A stretch of 64,000 nucleotides of DNA from Eledone cirrhosa (GCA_964016885.1 OZ024742.1:293756001-293820000); one strand, 5' to 3'; positions 10,394 through 24,584 are shown, counted from the stretch's first letter. Made by a program: numbers and translations. Notes: generated from the letters alone by a model not told the origin.

Positions 10394-11617
10394 TTTCTCT
10401 TTTCATGGAAAAGATGATGGCTTCAGAGAATATTCTAGTTTGAATATATTTTTTCCAAGAGAGTAACTGTGTACTGTTTTCTTTTTTTTTTTTTTCCTTA
10501 ATGAACTCTTCAACTATTTTAAGAGCTATATGAGATTTTTAAAATCTAATGAAACACTTGAAACCCAGATATAGTTTACAACATAGTTTTAAATATAGCT
10601 TAGACTTGTTAAGTGACTCTTTACTTTTTCTTAGTCAAAATTTTATATTAATGTCGATAGAAAAAGCTGATGACTTCAACATTTGATTTCCTTAATATTG
10701 GAATCTTACCCGATATTGCGCTTCATTTGAAATATCTACTTCGCTACTATAAATATTATAAGGCCAATTTTTCTGCAAAATCAGGAGTCAACCCTGCAGG
10801 GGCCCCATGATAAACTTTATACTCATTAACCCTTTAGCATTTAAATCGGCCATATCCAGCCAGAATTCTCTCACCTCTTTCTGTTTAAACTGGCTGTAAC
10901 CAGCCACTCATACTGATACGGTATTTTTCTCCAAATAAATAATATCAAAATCTCATAGATTCGATATTATGTGAGCTAATTATATGAGGTAAAGCCTTTA
11001 CTCAATATTTACTATCATATTTTCAAGGTAATGTAAATGCTAAAGGGTTAAGTTTTTTTTTTAGGTAATGTTTAACAACCAGATACCTTTCCTGATGCCA
11101 ACCCCTTTTAGTCACCTCATATGACACAAGGTTACAGTGTAATTATCTACTAAACTACATGGAGAAGAAATAATAAGTAATGACTATTTTTGCTTTGTCA
11201 AAATTCTATATTAATGTCAACAGAAAAAGGTCGTAACATTTGATTCACTATATATTATTGGAAGTCAATCTGATATCTCTTCACTTAAAATATCTACACT
11301 GAACATTAATTCAATAGTATAGATTGTGTACTTATATAAGCAGTAACTATTGAACAAAGAGGATTCAAGTAAGTTATAGCGATGGACATTACATATGGTC
11401 CCATTAAACAGAAAGTCTCAAGTAAATACATTAATAGACATTTCAAAAAATGCTAATACACTACCAGTTTCTTATGATATTGACCAACTTAGATTGGCAG
11501 AGTTGTTCAAGTAGTTCTTAAAATAGTTGAAGAGTTCATTAAGAGAAAGAAATTGGTGCGCAGTTACTCTTGGAAAAAAGACATACAAACTAGAATATTC
11601 CCCTGAAAAAAGAAATT
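10393..11617. repeat. Long diverged inverted repeat pair (~10393-10525 / ~11515-11617) enclosing a ~120-bp direct duplication
   Basis: GAATATTCTAGTTTG...TTCCAAGAG...TTAATGAACTCTTCAACTATTTTAAGA is the reverse complement of 11515-11600; direct copies at ~10625-10740 and ~11186-11298. Confidence 0.6.
10830..11047. mobile_element. piggyBac-like MITE family A, complete
   Basis: TTAA|CCCTTTAGCATTTA...TAAATGCTAAAGGG|TTAA. Confidence 0.85.
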
Positions 11618-12254
11618 ATATAGCCTAATGCAGTGGTTCTCAAGCTGACAAAAACCAGTTAATTTGGAACATAACTTAAAGATCTTACATAAATTATTAT
11701 GAAAGGTTTTTCAGCATCCAGCTATAAAAACCCTGGCCAAATTTAGTCCCGCCAGAGTAAGGTACTGTGTGGCCAATTCTGACCGGACTTGTCTCACGAC
11801 ATGGACAACCCGTCTAACCCATGCAAGCATGGAAAACGGATGTTAAATGATGATGATGATGATGATAAACACATTAAAATAAATAAGTTTCTATCATAGA
11901 ACCAGGGGCAGTTTCAGGTGGTTTGGTATCAAAAAGGTTAAGACGTTTTTGCTTTTCCATATATACGACACAGCTAAGATTACTTTACACTCTTACAACA
12001 AATCTATAGTTTCTTAAATGTCTGCTAGAATCACAAAATAAATGATAATCATAATGACAAGTATGATAGAAAGAATCAGTGTTAACATAAATGAGCCTCT
12101 TTCTCATAAACATCTAATTTAATATCTCGTTTGCTGTACTGAATGACAAAGTTAATAATAAAGTTGTCTTGTTTGGTGTCCAGTCTGGTCATGATGATAT
12201 TATATCTAGCAGTTTTTGGTGATAAGTTCAATGCCCACAGGCAATGATGGAGGA

Positions 12255-12500
12255 CTTAATCAGTACAAAATAGCTATGGTTGAAGAGAACTTTAACAAAA
12301 GATGAAAAGTGATGTAGGACTTGATATAAAATAGCTGTGAGTTCTTCGGAGATTTTCACAAAAGATGGAAGAGGTGGAGGAATTAATCAGTAGAAAATAG
12401 CTGTGGTTTAACAGGAGAACTCTGACAAAAGATGTAGGACTTAATCAATACAAAATAGCAGTGATTTCTTAAGAGAAGTTTCACAAAAGATGAAAGAGAT
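12255..12500. repeat. Diverged ~55-65-bp tandem repeat, 4 units
   Basis: GGACTTAATCAGTACAAAATAGCT...ACAAAAGATG recurs four times. Confidence 0.7.
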
Positions 12501-12682
12501 TTATAAAAACAAGAATTGTCATAAAGTACTATTTGTAATGTAGCAGTAAAAACAAAGCTATCAAAGCAATTTGTTGTGACATCTAATATCTAATATTTAA
12601 TCATGTGTTTAACTTTTGATATATGTGTATATTTACTATCTTCCTATCTGTGTCCTTTGACTTGAATAAGGGAAATGTGAAG

Positions 12683-12915
12683 GTGTATGGCATATTGGTC
12701 AGGGTGCTAAGTTGGCTTCGGAATGTAAATCCGTAGGTTCAATTGTCAGATCAGGTAACATGTTTCCATGCGCAAGGAACTTCATTTCACATTGCTCTAG
12801 TGAACTCAGTTTAAAAAAAAAGGTACCACCAGCGGTTGGGTGTAGAGTATTTAATCTTATGACAGAGTGGCATCCTGTCCATAATCTTATGAGGGAGTGA
12901 CATCCTGTCCAAGTC
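12683..12915 (+). mobile_element. tRNA-derived SINE family 2
   Basis: Degenerate A/B boxes (GGTTCAATT) followed by CAAGGAACTTCATTTCACATTGCTCTAGT..ACTCAG; relatives at ~21200, 23925, 39543, 49657, 62040. Confidence 0.55.
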
Positions 12916-12977
12916 ATGTAAGTTAGCAGCATCATCATCATTTTATATTTTTGTTTCATCATCACTTCACTAATAAA

Positions 12978-13140
12978 TATAATTGTTTCTACTTTTGGCA
13001 CAAGGCCAGCAATTACCCAGTGCATTACTGGTACTTTATTTTATCGACCCCGTAAGGATGAAAGGCAAAGTTTACCTCGGTGGGATTTGAACTCGGACGA
13101 TAAAGGACTGTAACTCTATGCTGCAAAGCATGGTGTCCAA
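12978..13140 (-). mobile_element. tRNA-derived SINE family 1
   Basis: Reverse-complement match to 10205-10393. Confidence 0.85.
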
Positions 13141-15255
13141 ATATAATACACAACTTTAAATATTTTGTTAAATTTATCAAGTTTAACCATTTCTGAAATG
13201 TTTCCAAGTGGTAAGTTCCAGGAAATAATACTATAATCACTATTTTAAAATCAATATTTTTTTTTGTTAATAAAATATTCAATTTAAGATTTTTATTGTA
13301 TTATATAAAAAAAAAACATTTCCCCAAATTAACAAGATGAATTTTTTTATCTAAACAAATTTCAATGGCTTGTTTACACACATTTTTTGTCATTTCAACT
13401 CAGAAGTAAAATCTAGTTGATATATTCAAAGATATTTTGAGTGCTTTTTAATTTTAATTTTTTTTTTTAAAGAAAATGGAATTTTTTTTTTAATTCTAAA
13501 ATAAAAATTTACAAATCAAAAGTACTGATATATTAGAATCACCTATTATCTTCAGCAGATGTTTTTAAATGAAAACTAAATTGGGGAATTCAATTGTTTC
13601 TTTACACAGACTTAAATAACAAACTCTTAAAAATCATATTTGGCCAACACCAGTTAAACCACAACAGTAGATCATAAGGAAATATTACTAAGGAATCAGA
13701 AGAAAAAAATATGGAGAAAAATAAAACAGCATAAACAACTCTGGCAGATGTTCCAAAGAATACATGGAATATAAAACAGTAGAAAGACATTGATTTCTTC
13801 AAATATTCAACTATCTTTGGACTAGCTTCTACTTCTTCATTATAAGATGTGAATTTTAGTGAAGAAGGAAAATATATAGTAAAGATGAATGAAGAAAAGA
13901 TTAATGAAGGACAAAATATAAAGAAGAAGGAAAAGAAAAAAATGTATTTTTACGCCCACTTAAAAAAAATGTGACAAATGCTTTTTTTAATAATATGGCA
14001 GTATTTCCATTTCTGAAAGTGAAAACACACATAATATATTTAGTATGAAAGATATTCTGGTGATGACAGAATCAATGGTAAATGGTTTGGTTTGATTTTT
14101 TGAATGAATGGATATCTTTTATATTAGAACTGGAAACCTTACATAACTTAACCTTTTCGTAATCATATTTTTAAGACACAGCCAATGATTTTAAAATCCT
14201 TTTTAAAATAATCAATAATTTGAAGAAATTTAGTAATATAACTTTCAGATTACTTAGCTGGTATTTGGAACATAACAAAAGGTCTTAATAAGATTATGAA
14301 ATATGCATATATATATATATAAGAAGAAAAAGATGAAGAAGCAGAAACAAAGCATCAATATAACATCGCCTACTTTATATATCTTGTTTGATTATTTATA
14401 TATATATACATCAGATGAGATATGTGTATGTGTATACCAGTGTAGTATCTATAAAATGTGTATGTGTATACCAGTGTAGTATCCAACAAATATTCAATTT
14501 AATACTTTCTTCATTACAACATTCTATGTAAAGATGCTTGAATACTTGATTTTCCTTGACTTTCCCCTACTTGTCACTCTGGCTATTTTACACATTCCTT
14601 TAAATCAATTACAATAATGTTCTTCCGTATTTTCTTTAATTGTCATATATATATATCCGCAAAATTAAGATGACTTTGTTCTACATAACTATCTATCTAA
14701 CTTGTCCAAAAATAGATATATTGGTAAATATACATAAATTGGTAACTATAGATTGGCAGGCAGACAGATTGATAAATAGATAGATAGATAGATAGATAGG
14801 CAAGTAAGTAGATAGACAGACAGTTAAGTAAATAAACAGGTAGATATTTTTATTGTCTGAAGATAGTTAGGTAAATAGATAGATAGCAGCTTCTTGACAA
14901 CAGACCATCTTAACACTGTATGATAGAGAGGGACAAGGAAGAAGATATCAAATTATAATTTTGCAAACAAATCTAGCACAAAGTGGGTGTCAATTGACAC
15001 TTGTGTTTTATATATATATAAGTGAATATATATTTGAAATGACCTTACAAACTGGTTTCCAAGATCAATACAAATCATTGCTAACTTAATGAACCAACAA
15101 ACTAACACTATTTTCAATCAAATTTCTAACTAATGTTACCACAATATTTTATTTAGAAAACATAAATGATGTTACTCTAAATGAAATTTTTCATTAAATG
15201 ACATTGCGTTCAATCAGATTAGTTCTGATTGGAATGCCTAATTAGTGAAATTTGA

Positions 15256-15261
15256 TGTGTG

Positions 15262-15326
<65 letters not shown>

Positions 15327-15480
15327 GCGCGCGCGTACATGCATGTGGTGTATGAGTGCTGGCATGCATGTGTGTGCTCATTCATATGTGTGTGCATGCA
15401 TGTGTGTACTCATGCATGTGTGTGCTCAAGCATGTATGTATGTGTGCTCAAGCATGTATGCATGTATGTGTGTGTGCATT
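15256..15480. repeat. (TGCG)n / (TG)n-rich microsatellite
   Basis: Direct inspection; produces the spurious RACV-repeat ORFs. Confidence 0.95.
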
Positions 15481-15747
15481 TCTATATACTGCAAGTATAT
15501 AGTTAAGTGTTTAAGAAGTTCTCTTCACAATCATGAGGTACCAGATTCAGTTCCACTGCAGGATATCTTGGGCAAGTGTCATTTACAATGATAACCTTGG
15601 ATAGACCTAAGCCTTGTGAATGGAATTGGTTGATTCAAAAGACCACACATTGTATCCTGCAGATATCCCCATGAACTACATTATGTGTACATGACTGTGG
15701 AATACTCAGCCATTTACACATTAATTTATCAAGTAGACCATTCAGTG

Positions 15748-16129
15748 GTCGAAATAGAGTTCCTCCGAAGGGTCTTTGGAGTAACATTATTCAATAGAGT
15801 ATGTAGCTCAGAGATCAGAGAGTCGCTCCAGGTAGAACAACTACTTCTCCGAATTGAGAGATCACAGCTCCAGTACTATAGGCATGTGATTAGAATGTCT
15901 TAGGAAAGAATTGCTGGACAGATTTTTACAAGCAACACCAAATGGCAGGGGACCCAGGGGTAGACACCCAAGCAAGATGGTTGGATAACATCCATGAACT
16001 TGGCTAGTCTTGCTTGGGGATCCAGCCAGACCGATTGAAGACAGTTGCTTCTGATAGGACCCGCTGGAAGGAGTGTTTGAGGACTCTACCCCCACGACCC
16101 TCTCAAAAATAAGTGGGCGTAGAAGAAGA
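15748..16129 (+). mobile_element. RTE LINE 3' fragment (family 2)
   Basis: EIEFLRRVFGVTLFNRVCSSEIRESLQVEQLLLRIERSQLQYYRHVIRMS, then GRGPRGRHP...W; GAAGAAGA tail. Confidence 0.85.
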
Positions 16130-17801
16130 CCATTCTATTCACCAAACAACAGGAACAATCATGGTAGTGTTGGTGGTTGGGGGTTAATATGAAAGTCCAT
16201 AAAACAATATTGTCTAAACTACTTGAAATAAAAATGCAAGAACAAATTACAATTCTTGCTAAAGTTTGGTAATAATAGTAATAAACGGTTTTGGTTGGTT
16301 GGTCTGTGAACATAATTTCTGTATGAACTACTGGCCTATTTGAATTTCATTCACATTGGATAACAAGATAATAGTAAGGCTTTCATCTGAATTCACTCAT
16401 CTGGCAACATGCCAGGAAAATGAAATACAAAATCAACAATGCCCCTTGCATACATTAAGGAGTGTATCGAAGAAAATCATGGCTGGATAACCACATTCTT
16501 TTCTATAGAGATGAAGAATATTCATTATTTTCAAATGCTTTTCCATTTAATGTTTGTTTGTTTTTTTAAATCCAAATCTAAAAAAAAACATATTCCAGAC
16601 AATAGTCATAGGAAATGAAAAAAGCAAATAGCAAAATTCTTATTTCTTGTAAATTAAATCTCTCTTTGTAATAGAGTACTATCTTTAAAACAGAATGGTA
16701 TAAAATACATGAAAAGAAATCAAATGCCATTATCTGGAAGCCTTACATAAGTGGTTTCACTGATCTATTGTAGTAAGATTTATGTATTGTGGTATTAAGA
16801 TATGAACTAGAGTATTAAGACATGTATTGAATATAATACTTGCTTCACCAATTTTATTTTAGTTATCTCCAGAAGAAAGCTATATTACTTACAAAATGCA
16901 ATTTTAAAATATTCATTTCAAAAGAAATCAAATATATTTTCTAAATATGATCAAATTACAAATTACATATTAAAAAAAACACAACTGAATTAACAAAATT
17001 ATAAAACTTAATGTGTAATATTTTACCAATAATACTTTTATTTGTTATTCACCTCATTTATTATCAATATCTCTATACCATAACCTCACTATTATTAATT
17101 CTTCAGACAAACACTTTATTCTTCTCACTATCACCAATAAATAAATATTTATTGACATTACTCTGAATTTCCAATATTAATCATCATTACAAGTACAAGC
17201 AGAAACACAACTCTCCAGGCAACATCCTGCTAGTATATACAATACCTGAGCGTATATATGTCTGTTTTTTGTAATATTATCATTTTACGTCTGCTGTCCC
17301 ATGTTCACAACAATAACAACAAAGCACCAATCCCAACAGCTGACGTACTGACAGACAGACACACACACAGGTAGAACAAAGTCATGATAATTTAGTGGAT
17401 ATATTTGTTAAGAAAATTATTATAAAATAATCAAATTAATGGGACTAATAAATCGCTTCCAAGGCAACTATCTCGTCTTTTTACGCATTTCTTATGTTCT
17501 TTTACGCTCTCTACATCTCTTTCTACGCTTCTTCCTACTTCTCGCTCTCTCTCATCTCACTACCACCTGATTTCGTTACCCGGAGGTTTACTCATCTGCA
17601 TTGTTGAGGCTTCCAAAATGACTATTAATCAAATTAATGTAAAATTAAATATGGCAATGGCTGGAGTGACAAGAGAGAGAAGGTTAAGGAAAAATCAAAG
17701 TTTCACTTATCTTTACATAGACTGTTGTAATCAAGGAGTTATTAATATTAAATCAAATACTTTTTACTATAAACCCTATAATCAGCACAAGTAAGGATCA
17801 A

Positions 17802-17827
<26 letters not shown>

Positions 17828-17832
<5 letters not shown>

Positions 17833-18002
17833 TCACCCGCTTATTCCAGAGAGGGTCATGGTGGAAGAGTCCTCAAACACTCCTTCCAGCAGGTCCTGTC
17901 AGAAGCAACCATCTCCAATTAATCCAGCTGGATCCCCAAGTGAGACCAACCATCTTGCTCATAGTCTACCCTTGGGTCTTCTGCTGGTTGGTTTTTTCCC
18001 AT
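17828..18002 (-). mobile_element. RTE LINE 3' fragment (family 2)
   Basis: Reverse-complement match to the 3' part of 15748-16129. Confidence 0.75.
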
Positions 18003-18827
18003 AAAAATCAATACTTTACATAGAAAAAGGTTCGATATGAAAGAGAGCATCTGGACATAGACCACTGCCTCAAAAAATCTTATCCCATCCATGCTAGCAG
18101 TGAAAGGCAGACATAAAATCAATAATGTTCAGGGTGATGTATAAGAGAAACCTTTATTGAAGAACAGTTACTACTTTCAAAGAAACAGCAACAGGGATAA
18201 TATTAAAATGGAGATATCAGAATAAAATATTGATTATAGAAGATAAATCTGTATATTACTGACCATTGCATTTCTAGAAAATTCAACAAACTGAAAACTA
18301 AAGAGATGTTGCTACATGTTTGATGGACTGTGTGCCACATCAAGTTAAAATGATCGAAAGCTACACATGATCACATTTCTCCATGATGGATTATAAGGTT
18401 AGAGAAAGGCCAAATGAGAGGAACTAAATTCTAATGATAACAAATGATATATCGAGAGATACAATTTGATAACATGTGCAAAATATCAGTTTGTAGAAGA
18501 TTAGTTATGGAGAAAAACTGAAATACAATGGAATGGACCTACATCAGTTTCCACGATGAGTGTTCCAGTTGTTTGATTAATGGGTTGGCCTGCTCATGAA
18601 ATTAGCTGAGGTAACCAAAATTCAAACTTAGTTTACCACAGTCACAAAATGGGGTTCTAACCATGAAATAATCATAGCTATCAGCATGTACTGAGTTCAG
18701 ATCCCACTGGAGTCAACTATGCCTTTCACACTTTTGCAATCAATATATAAAGTACCAGTCCAAGAACATTGGATTGGTAGAATTGTTAAAATGTTGGATG
18801 GAATATTTTGTTGCATAACTTCCAGCT

Positions 18828-19086
18828 CTGGTACTACAGGCATATGGTTAGAATGTCTCAGGAAAGAAATGATGGACAGATTTTACGGGTAAAACCAACT
18901 GGCAGGAAACCCAGAGGTAGACCCTGAGCAATATGGTTGGATAACATTCATGAGCTCAGTTGGTCTCAGTTAGGGATCCAACCAGATCAGTTGGAAATGG
19001 TTGCTTCTGACAGGACCTGTTGGAAGGATTGTTTAAGGATTCTGCCCCCACGACCCTCTCAGGAATATGTGGGCAAAGAAGAAGAC
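18828..19086 (+). mobile_element. RTE LINE 3' fragment (family 2)
   Basis: GRKPRGRP..WLDNIHELSWSQLGI...ASDRTCW; GAAGAAGA tail. Confidence 0.8.
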
Positions 19087-20234
19087 TTCAAACTCTTTAC
19101 ATTCTCAGTTCAAATCTTGCTTCCTGTCACTGAAAAAGCAGTGACACTTCTGTCAGGAATTACAAACAGCAGATAATATCAGTAATACAAAGACCAATGG
19201 AAACAGCTTATTTGGTTCAATCTGGAAAATTAGATTCTTTCTTCCTTTTATACTTTTGATTCAAAATCTACTCAAATATGAGTCACATAAAATATGTTTA
19301 CTTTCTTTTAAGATTATAAAGCAATGAAATTATGGAGAGTATAGAATTCAGAAATATTCATTGTGAATCTTTTTTCTGAGACCACACCATAATAAAACTG
19401 GCAGAGTTATTAGAGTATAGGACGAAAATACCTTGCAGTGTTTGTTCCAGCTTTCCATAATCTGAATCCATATCCTGCTGAAGTCAATTTTGTTTTTCAT
19501 GTTCTCAGGTTTTGATAAAATAAATTACAAATCCATGATAGTGGATTAGTAAATTGTTAAATTCTACTGTGATGTTTGTTCTCGTTCTTTGCATTTCAAG
19601 TTCTTGTGTGGTGCCCTTAGTTACCCAGTTTAATGCCACCACCTTGTTCCTGGGTGCTTGGTCCCCAGTTTGAAAATACTTCCCTCCCTCCTTGTTTAAC
19701 CTTTAGCACGCTGAATTTGTTTATGAATTGCTTCCCTTGACACTATATTATGTATTAAGGGGAGATTACTCTATTGTCGTAACTTGTTGCCAACACCGCG
19801 TTAAAAGTTAAACAATAAATAAAAAATATTGGTACTTTCAATTACCTATACATCATTCTCTCTTACAAAAGACACCTGTGACTAACAGAGAAGACATTAT
19901 TGACAACAACTTAACAGAAGACAATCACAAAAATTATTTTAAATCATTAATGATATTTTGAAGACTCTAAAAATAGTTCATTTTCAGACATTTCCGTAAT
20001 TGTTAATGTGTTTGTCAGTAACTTCAATCATAAAATGTTATAAAAAACACAAATAATGATCAAAATAGACAATTGACATGAATAATGTAGATATATTTTC
20101 ACATATTGCATCCAAAACCTCTTTAGTCCTGATCACAAGATATTTTTGAAGGGATTAAATAAGGTGATATGAATAATATATAAATACAGAATTAAATGAT
20201 TTATCAGAAATATATAAAGTTCTTTATAGGATTA

Positions 20235-20610
20235 TATACATATGTTGATTGCTCCTTCTTGTCAGAAGAGTGCCATCTCTTCATTGAACATTGTACGACC
20301 ATGTACACACACGTGGCTGTTGAGCCAAGCTTCTGTTCTGCAAACCTGTTCGCAGATGTGTCACTTGAACTGTCTGTCTCCTGGTATCACCAGCTAAGTT
20401 GTGCCGTTATGCATTTTAACCATGCAGTCCACAAACTGATTTGCAAATTAATCCACAGAAAACATGGCAGTAGAACCATCTTGTAAGCTGCTTGAATTCT
20501 TCCTGGCTCCTGTGCACTTTAATCCCTGCTGGATGCCTGCAGCTACTGTACTTGAGTCTTGCTTATGGAGTGAATGCTTCAAAGCAACATGCTCCACTCG
20601 CTTTTGCTCA
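20235..20610 (-). pseudogene. 3' end of a BovB/RTE-like LINE ORF with degenerate C2H2 zinc fingers
   Basis: Minus strand FEQKRVEHVALK.SL.KQ, a decayed C..CGLICKS..GL..H and FK*HICEQVCRTEAWLNSHVCVHGR; stops and frameshifts throughout. Confidence 0.5.
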
Positions 20611-21464
20611 AAGACATGCTGTGACCATGAGGTGCACGCCACCTCATGATTCATATCTGGAGGATGGTGATAGAGACACATTGGAATAGCCATTCTAACT
20701 TTCCGAGAGGAGAGAGGGTGCCAGAAGTCTCAGGTTAGACCTTGACAACCCATACAACTCATGTCAGCATGGATAGCAGATAAAATAATGGTACTAAGTG
20801 GCAGTGGGTGATGGAAGTAGCTTAAATTATGTTTACTTTAAAAGTTGGGCCAGTTGTGTAATGGGTAAATCAAAGATCAACAGAGCAAATGAAAAACCAG
20901 GAAGAAGTGGATGTGTTGAAAGGAACCATGTGTAATAATATTGAAATATACATGCTACTGGTAGAGTGTCACATCCTTTACCTACTCCTACTGCTGCTAG
21001 TGGTACTGCCCAGCACATCCTTTACCTACCCCTACTGATAGTACCCACCATACACCCCTACCTACACCACTATCACTGCCTGCCACACCCCCTATCTACT
21101 TCACTGTTCATGTTAATGTAAAAACTAATAGTATCCACTTCATATTCAAAACTGGGTTGTTTACAAAAAAAGTCAAAATGGTAATGACAACTGTTGTGAA
21201 GGCACATGGTTTAGTGGTTAGGGTTTAAAGTTAAGTTCATAAGGTTGTGGGTTCAATTCCTTGCCTGGGCAGGGCATTGTGTTCTTAAGCAAGACAATTT
21301 TATATTGTTTTTCATGATAGGACTAGGGCCCTTATCATTAAAACACCTGTGAACCCTCCTATGAGAGAAACCGTGTAGAAGCCAGCTAAACCTGTATGGG
21401 TGTGAAATGTAAATTTAATTTCATTTTTAAAGAGTCTGATATCCATGGTACTAAAAAGTATTGA

Positions 21465-21672
21465 TTTCCTGATTTAGGCATTAGGCCAACAATTTTGGGA
21501 GAAGAGAAAGTCAATTAATTCGACCACAGTGCATTACTGGTACTTTATTTTATTGACCCCGTAAGAATGAAAGGCAAAGCTAACCTAGGCAGGATTTGAA
21601 CTCAAATTGTAAAGGGCCGTAACTATGTCATAAAACGTCCGACGCTCTACCAATACTGCCAAATCACAGCCC
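21465..21672 (-). mobile_element. tRNA-derived SINE family 1 (longer variant)
   Basis: ACTGGTACTTTATTTTATTGACCCCGTAAGAATGAAAGGCAAAG...GATTTGAACTC. Confidence 0.8.
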
Positions 21673-22847
21673 TTAGAAATATTACCACTTTGCAATAACC
21701 AAAATTTACCCATGGTAGTTAGAAATATTACCATTCTGTAATAACCAAACTTTGCCCATGGTACTTTAAAAAGTTAAAATTCTACAGTAACCAAATTTTA
21801 TGCAACTCAGCTCATTTAATTAACTAATTTAGAAATTATTTATAGTCAATTTCACTTTTTTAAATTTTATAAATAAAAAAAGCAGTCTATATAGAAACTG
21901 ACTTCAAACTGAAGACTAGGGAGCAAAATGTGTGTGTGGGTGTGCGTGCATGGTGATAGAGAGACCACAGTCTACAGCTGTGATTTCCATAGTGAGCACT
22001 AGAAGGATTACTAGAAGGCAAGGAGGAGGAGGGCGATAAGGAGGGTGTTAGAAGGCAATGGCTGTTGAGGAAAGACAGAGATAAATACAAATTAGTTGCA
22101 AGGGAACAAAATATAAATATATACAATATGAGTGTGTGCGCGTGCGTGTGCGTGCGTGCGTGCGTGCGTGCGTGTGTGTCTGTGTGTGTGTGATTCCCAA
22201 AGTGCATGCTACCCCTTGCTTTCTTTATGGTGTGTGGGGGACTCAAGGTCATTAAAAGACTGGGGGGAGGGGGTCCAAAAACTGAAAGTTTTGCTCTTAA
22301 AACTGTCACTTTACTGCAAATAGTCAAATGGAGTTATTTAACTCTTTCTGAATATATTTCTAATAAAAGACATTCTCTATGTTTTTCAATTCAATTTGAA
22401 AATAATCATGAATTTGAAGGGATTTAATATAACTTTCTCATTATTTATTCGGTCTTTCAAGCATAACATTATCTTTTGTTTCCATATTTCTAATGAAAGA
22501 TACTGCCTATGATTTTCCATTAGTTTTAAAAGTAACCAAAAATTTGTAAAGCTGTATGTAATGTAACTAACTTTCTTACTATTAAGCCGCAATTTGGAAT
22601 AAAGTTCATACATAAAATTATGTTGTAATGTTTTTAGATAAATATAAACACTTTAAAAATAAACAATTTTGTATCATAGAATCAGAGGTACGTTTCAGGA
22701 GCATTGGTGTCAAATATCAAAATATCAAAAAGACTAAAGAGAAAGATGGTTTTTGATAAATATAACACTTTAAAACAAACAGCTTTGTATCATAGAGGCA
22801 GGGATGGTTTCAGGTAGTTTTTGGTATCAACAGGGTTAAGCATGCTG

Positions 22848-23210
22848 CAGACCTGTCAACTCTCCCTGTCCGAGGTGGGTGAGAAAGGTTGAAAATAGGT
22901 ATAGCTTTCATTATGTAAAATTGTGGTGGTGGATTGGCAGTATCAATAGAGGGTCGGACGCCATGCTTTGACGCATAGAGTCACGGCATTTGCTATTCTG
23001 AGTTCAAATCCCGCCGAGGTTAACTTTGCCTTTCATCCTTACGGGGTCGATAAAATAAAGTACCAGTAATGCACTGGGATAATTGCTGGCCTTGTGCCTA
23101 AAGTAGAAACAATTATGTAAAATTGTCCCATTTTGCCTCATTTCTCCCCATTTTGGGGCACTTTTTTTCCTGGTACTCCCCATTTTGGTTTTTAGAGGTT
23201 GGCAGGTCTG
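22848..23210. mobile_element. hAT-like MITE interrupted by a SINE
   Basis: TIRs CAGACCTGTCAAC / GTTGGCAGGTCTG; flanking ATGCTG direct repeat (22842-22847, 23211-23216). Confidence 0.6.
22925..23111 (+). mobile_element. Full-length tRNA-derived SINE family 1 with a 15-bp TSD
   Basis: A box TGGCAGTATCAA, B box GAGTTCAAATCC; TSD ATTATGTAAAATTGT at 22910-22924 and 23112-23126. Confidence 0.9.
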
Positions 23211-24584
23211 ATGCTGCTTACTAATATTGAGGGTGATGTGGAAAAATAAGTCAACCACCCCTCCTCTGTTAAATACATTCGTATATAACAATATTTTTGG
23301 CTATAAATACTTACTCTCAGGACTCAAATAATACCCCCCACCCCACTAATTTTTCAGATCCCTCCCCCTCCAATCCCCTCTTATTAAATTTTACTAATCT
23401 ATCTCCAGTGAAATTTTAATGATATGAAAAGTTGGAGTTGCCCTAGGTTACTATTTGTAGCCTAGTATTCCCTAAAATAACCGGCCCAAAGCAACATCAA
23501 AGTTGAACGTGATAATAATAATTTAGATAGTTTCAATTATTGGGGGGGGGGGGGGGGGGGGGGAATAAGAAATATAAGAAAAATAAGAAAAATAAGAAAA
23601 ATAAGAAAAATAAGAAAAAAAAAAGGAAAAAAAGATTTGTATAGATTCCAGTATAGAAACCATTACAACAGAAAACTAAAATAGATATTGTTGCCGTTGT
23701 GTATCAAATGTAAATGTTGAATTAGCTATCAATTCCTATTGAACATCAACTATTAACCATTAAACTTTATGTCATGTTTTATCAAGCATTTAACCATTCC
23801 TAATCAGAAAGGACATCAGAGAATAATGGCTTTGTATATGAAACTGTAAACTATTCAGTTAGGTTGGAATTAATAGTACTGGAGATGATATCAAAACTTC
23901 TAAATTCACTAGGAAGTCAAATGTATGTGGCTCAGTGATTAGAATGTTGGACTCAATGTTAAGTTTATGGGTTTGATCCTCAGACTACTCAACTGAAAAA
24001 GAGTACCAGTCAAACTAGCTGGGGTTAGCCATGTAACAGACTGGCATTCTATCTTGTACTCAATCATTTAACGCGACATGAAACCATAAACCCTGCTCTT
24101 CATCCAACATGACCAAGCAACACATTGTGTCTTTGACTAAGACACTTCATGTCATGATGCTCAAGATCACACTGGAGTACCATGAGTACCAGCCACAGTA
24201 GCTGGGGTTAAACTTGTAACAGACCAATGTAACTTAACACCTCAGTCATTTAACACCATATAAAACCAGGATAAGCCCAAGCCTTCAGCCAAACCATACC
24301 AGCATGGAAAAATAAAGAAGAAAAGAAGTAAATGAAGATGATGGATAGAAAGATAGATGGAAGCAGTATCAAAGACAGAAGAACTATTAGATTTAATTAA
24401 TAACATCAAATGATTGCATAATGTTTAATCATTTGGGTAAATAACTATCAATTTAATAAATATAATGAAGGCAGCATCATTAACTGATAAATGATGCTGG
24501 CCTATTCCATTTACTCTAGTCCACCCACAAGTCGGCTGTACACACAACAGCAGCAACACCATTAACTATAAATTATGGTAAACT

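Noticed and set aside
22925-23000. tRNA gene
   Set aside because: A/B boxes are present but there is no cloverleaf, and the sequence continues into a multi-copy SINE body with TSDs.
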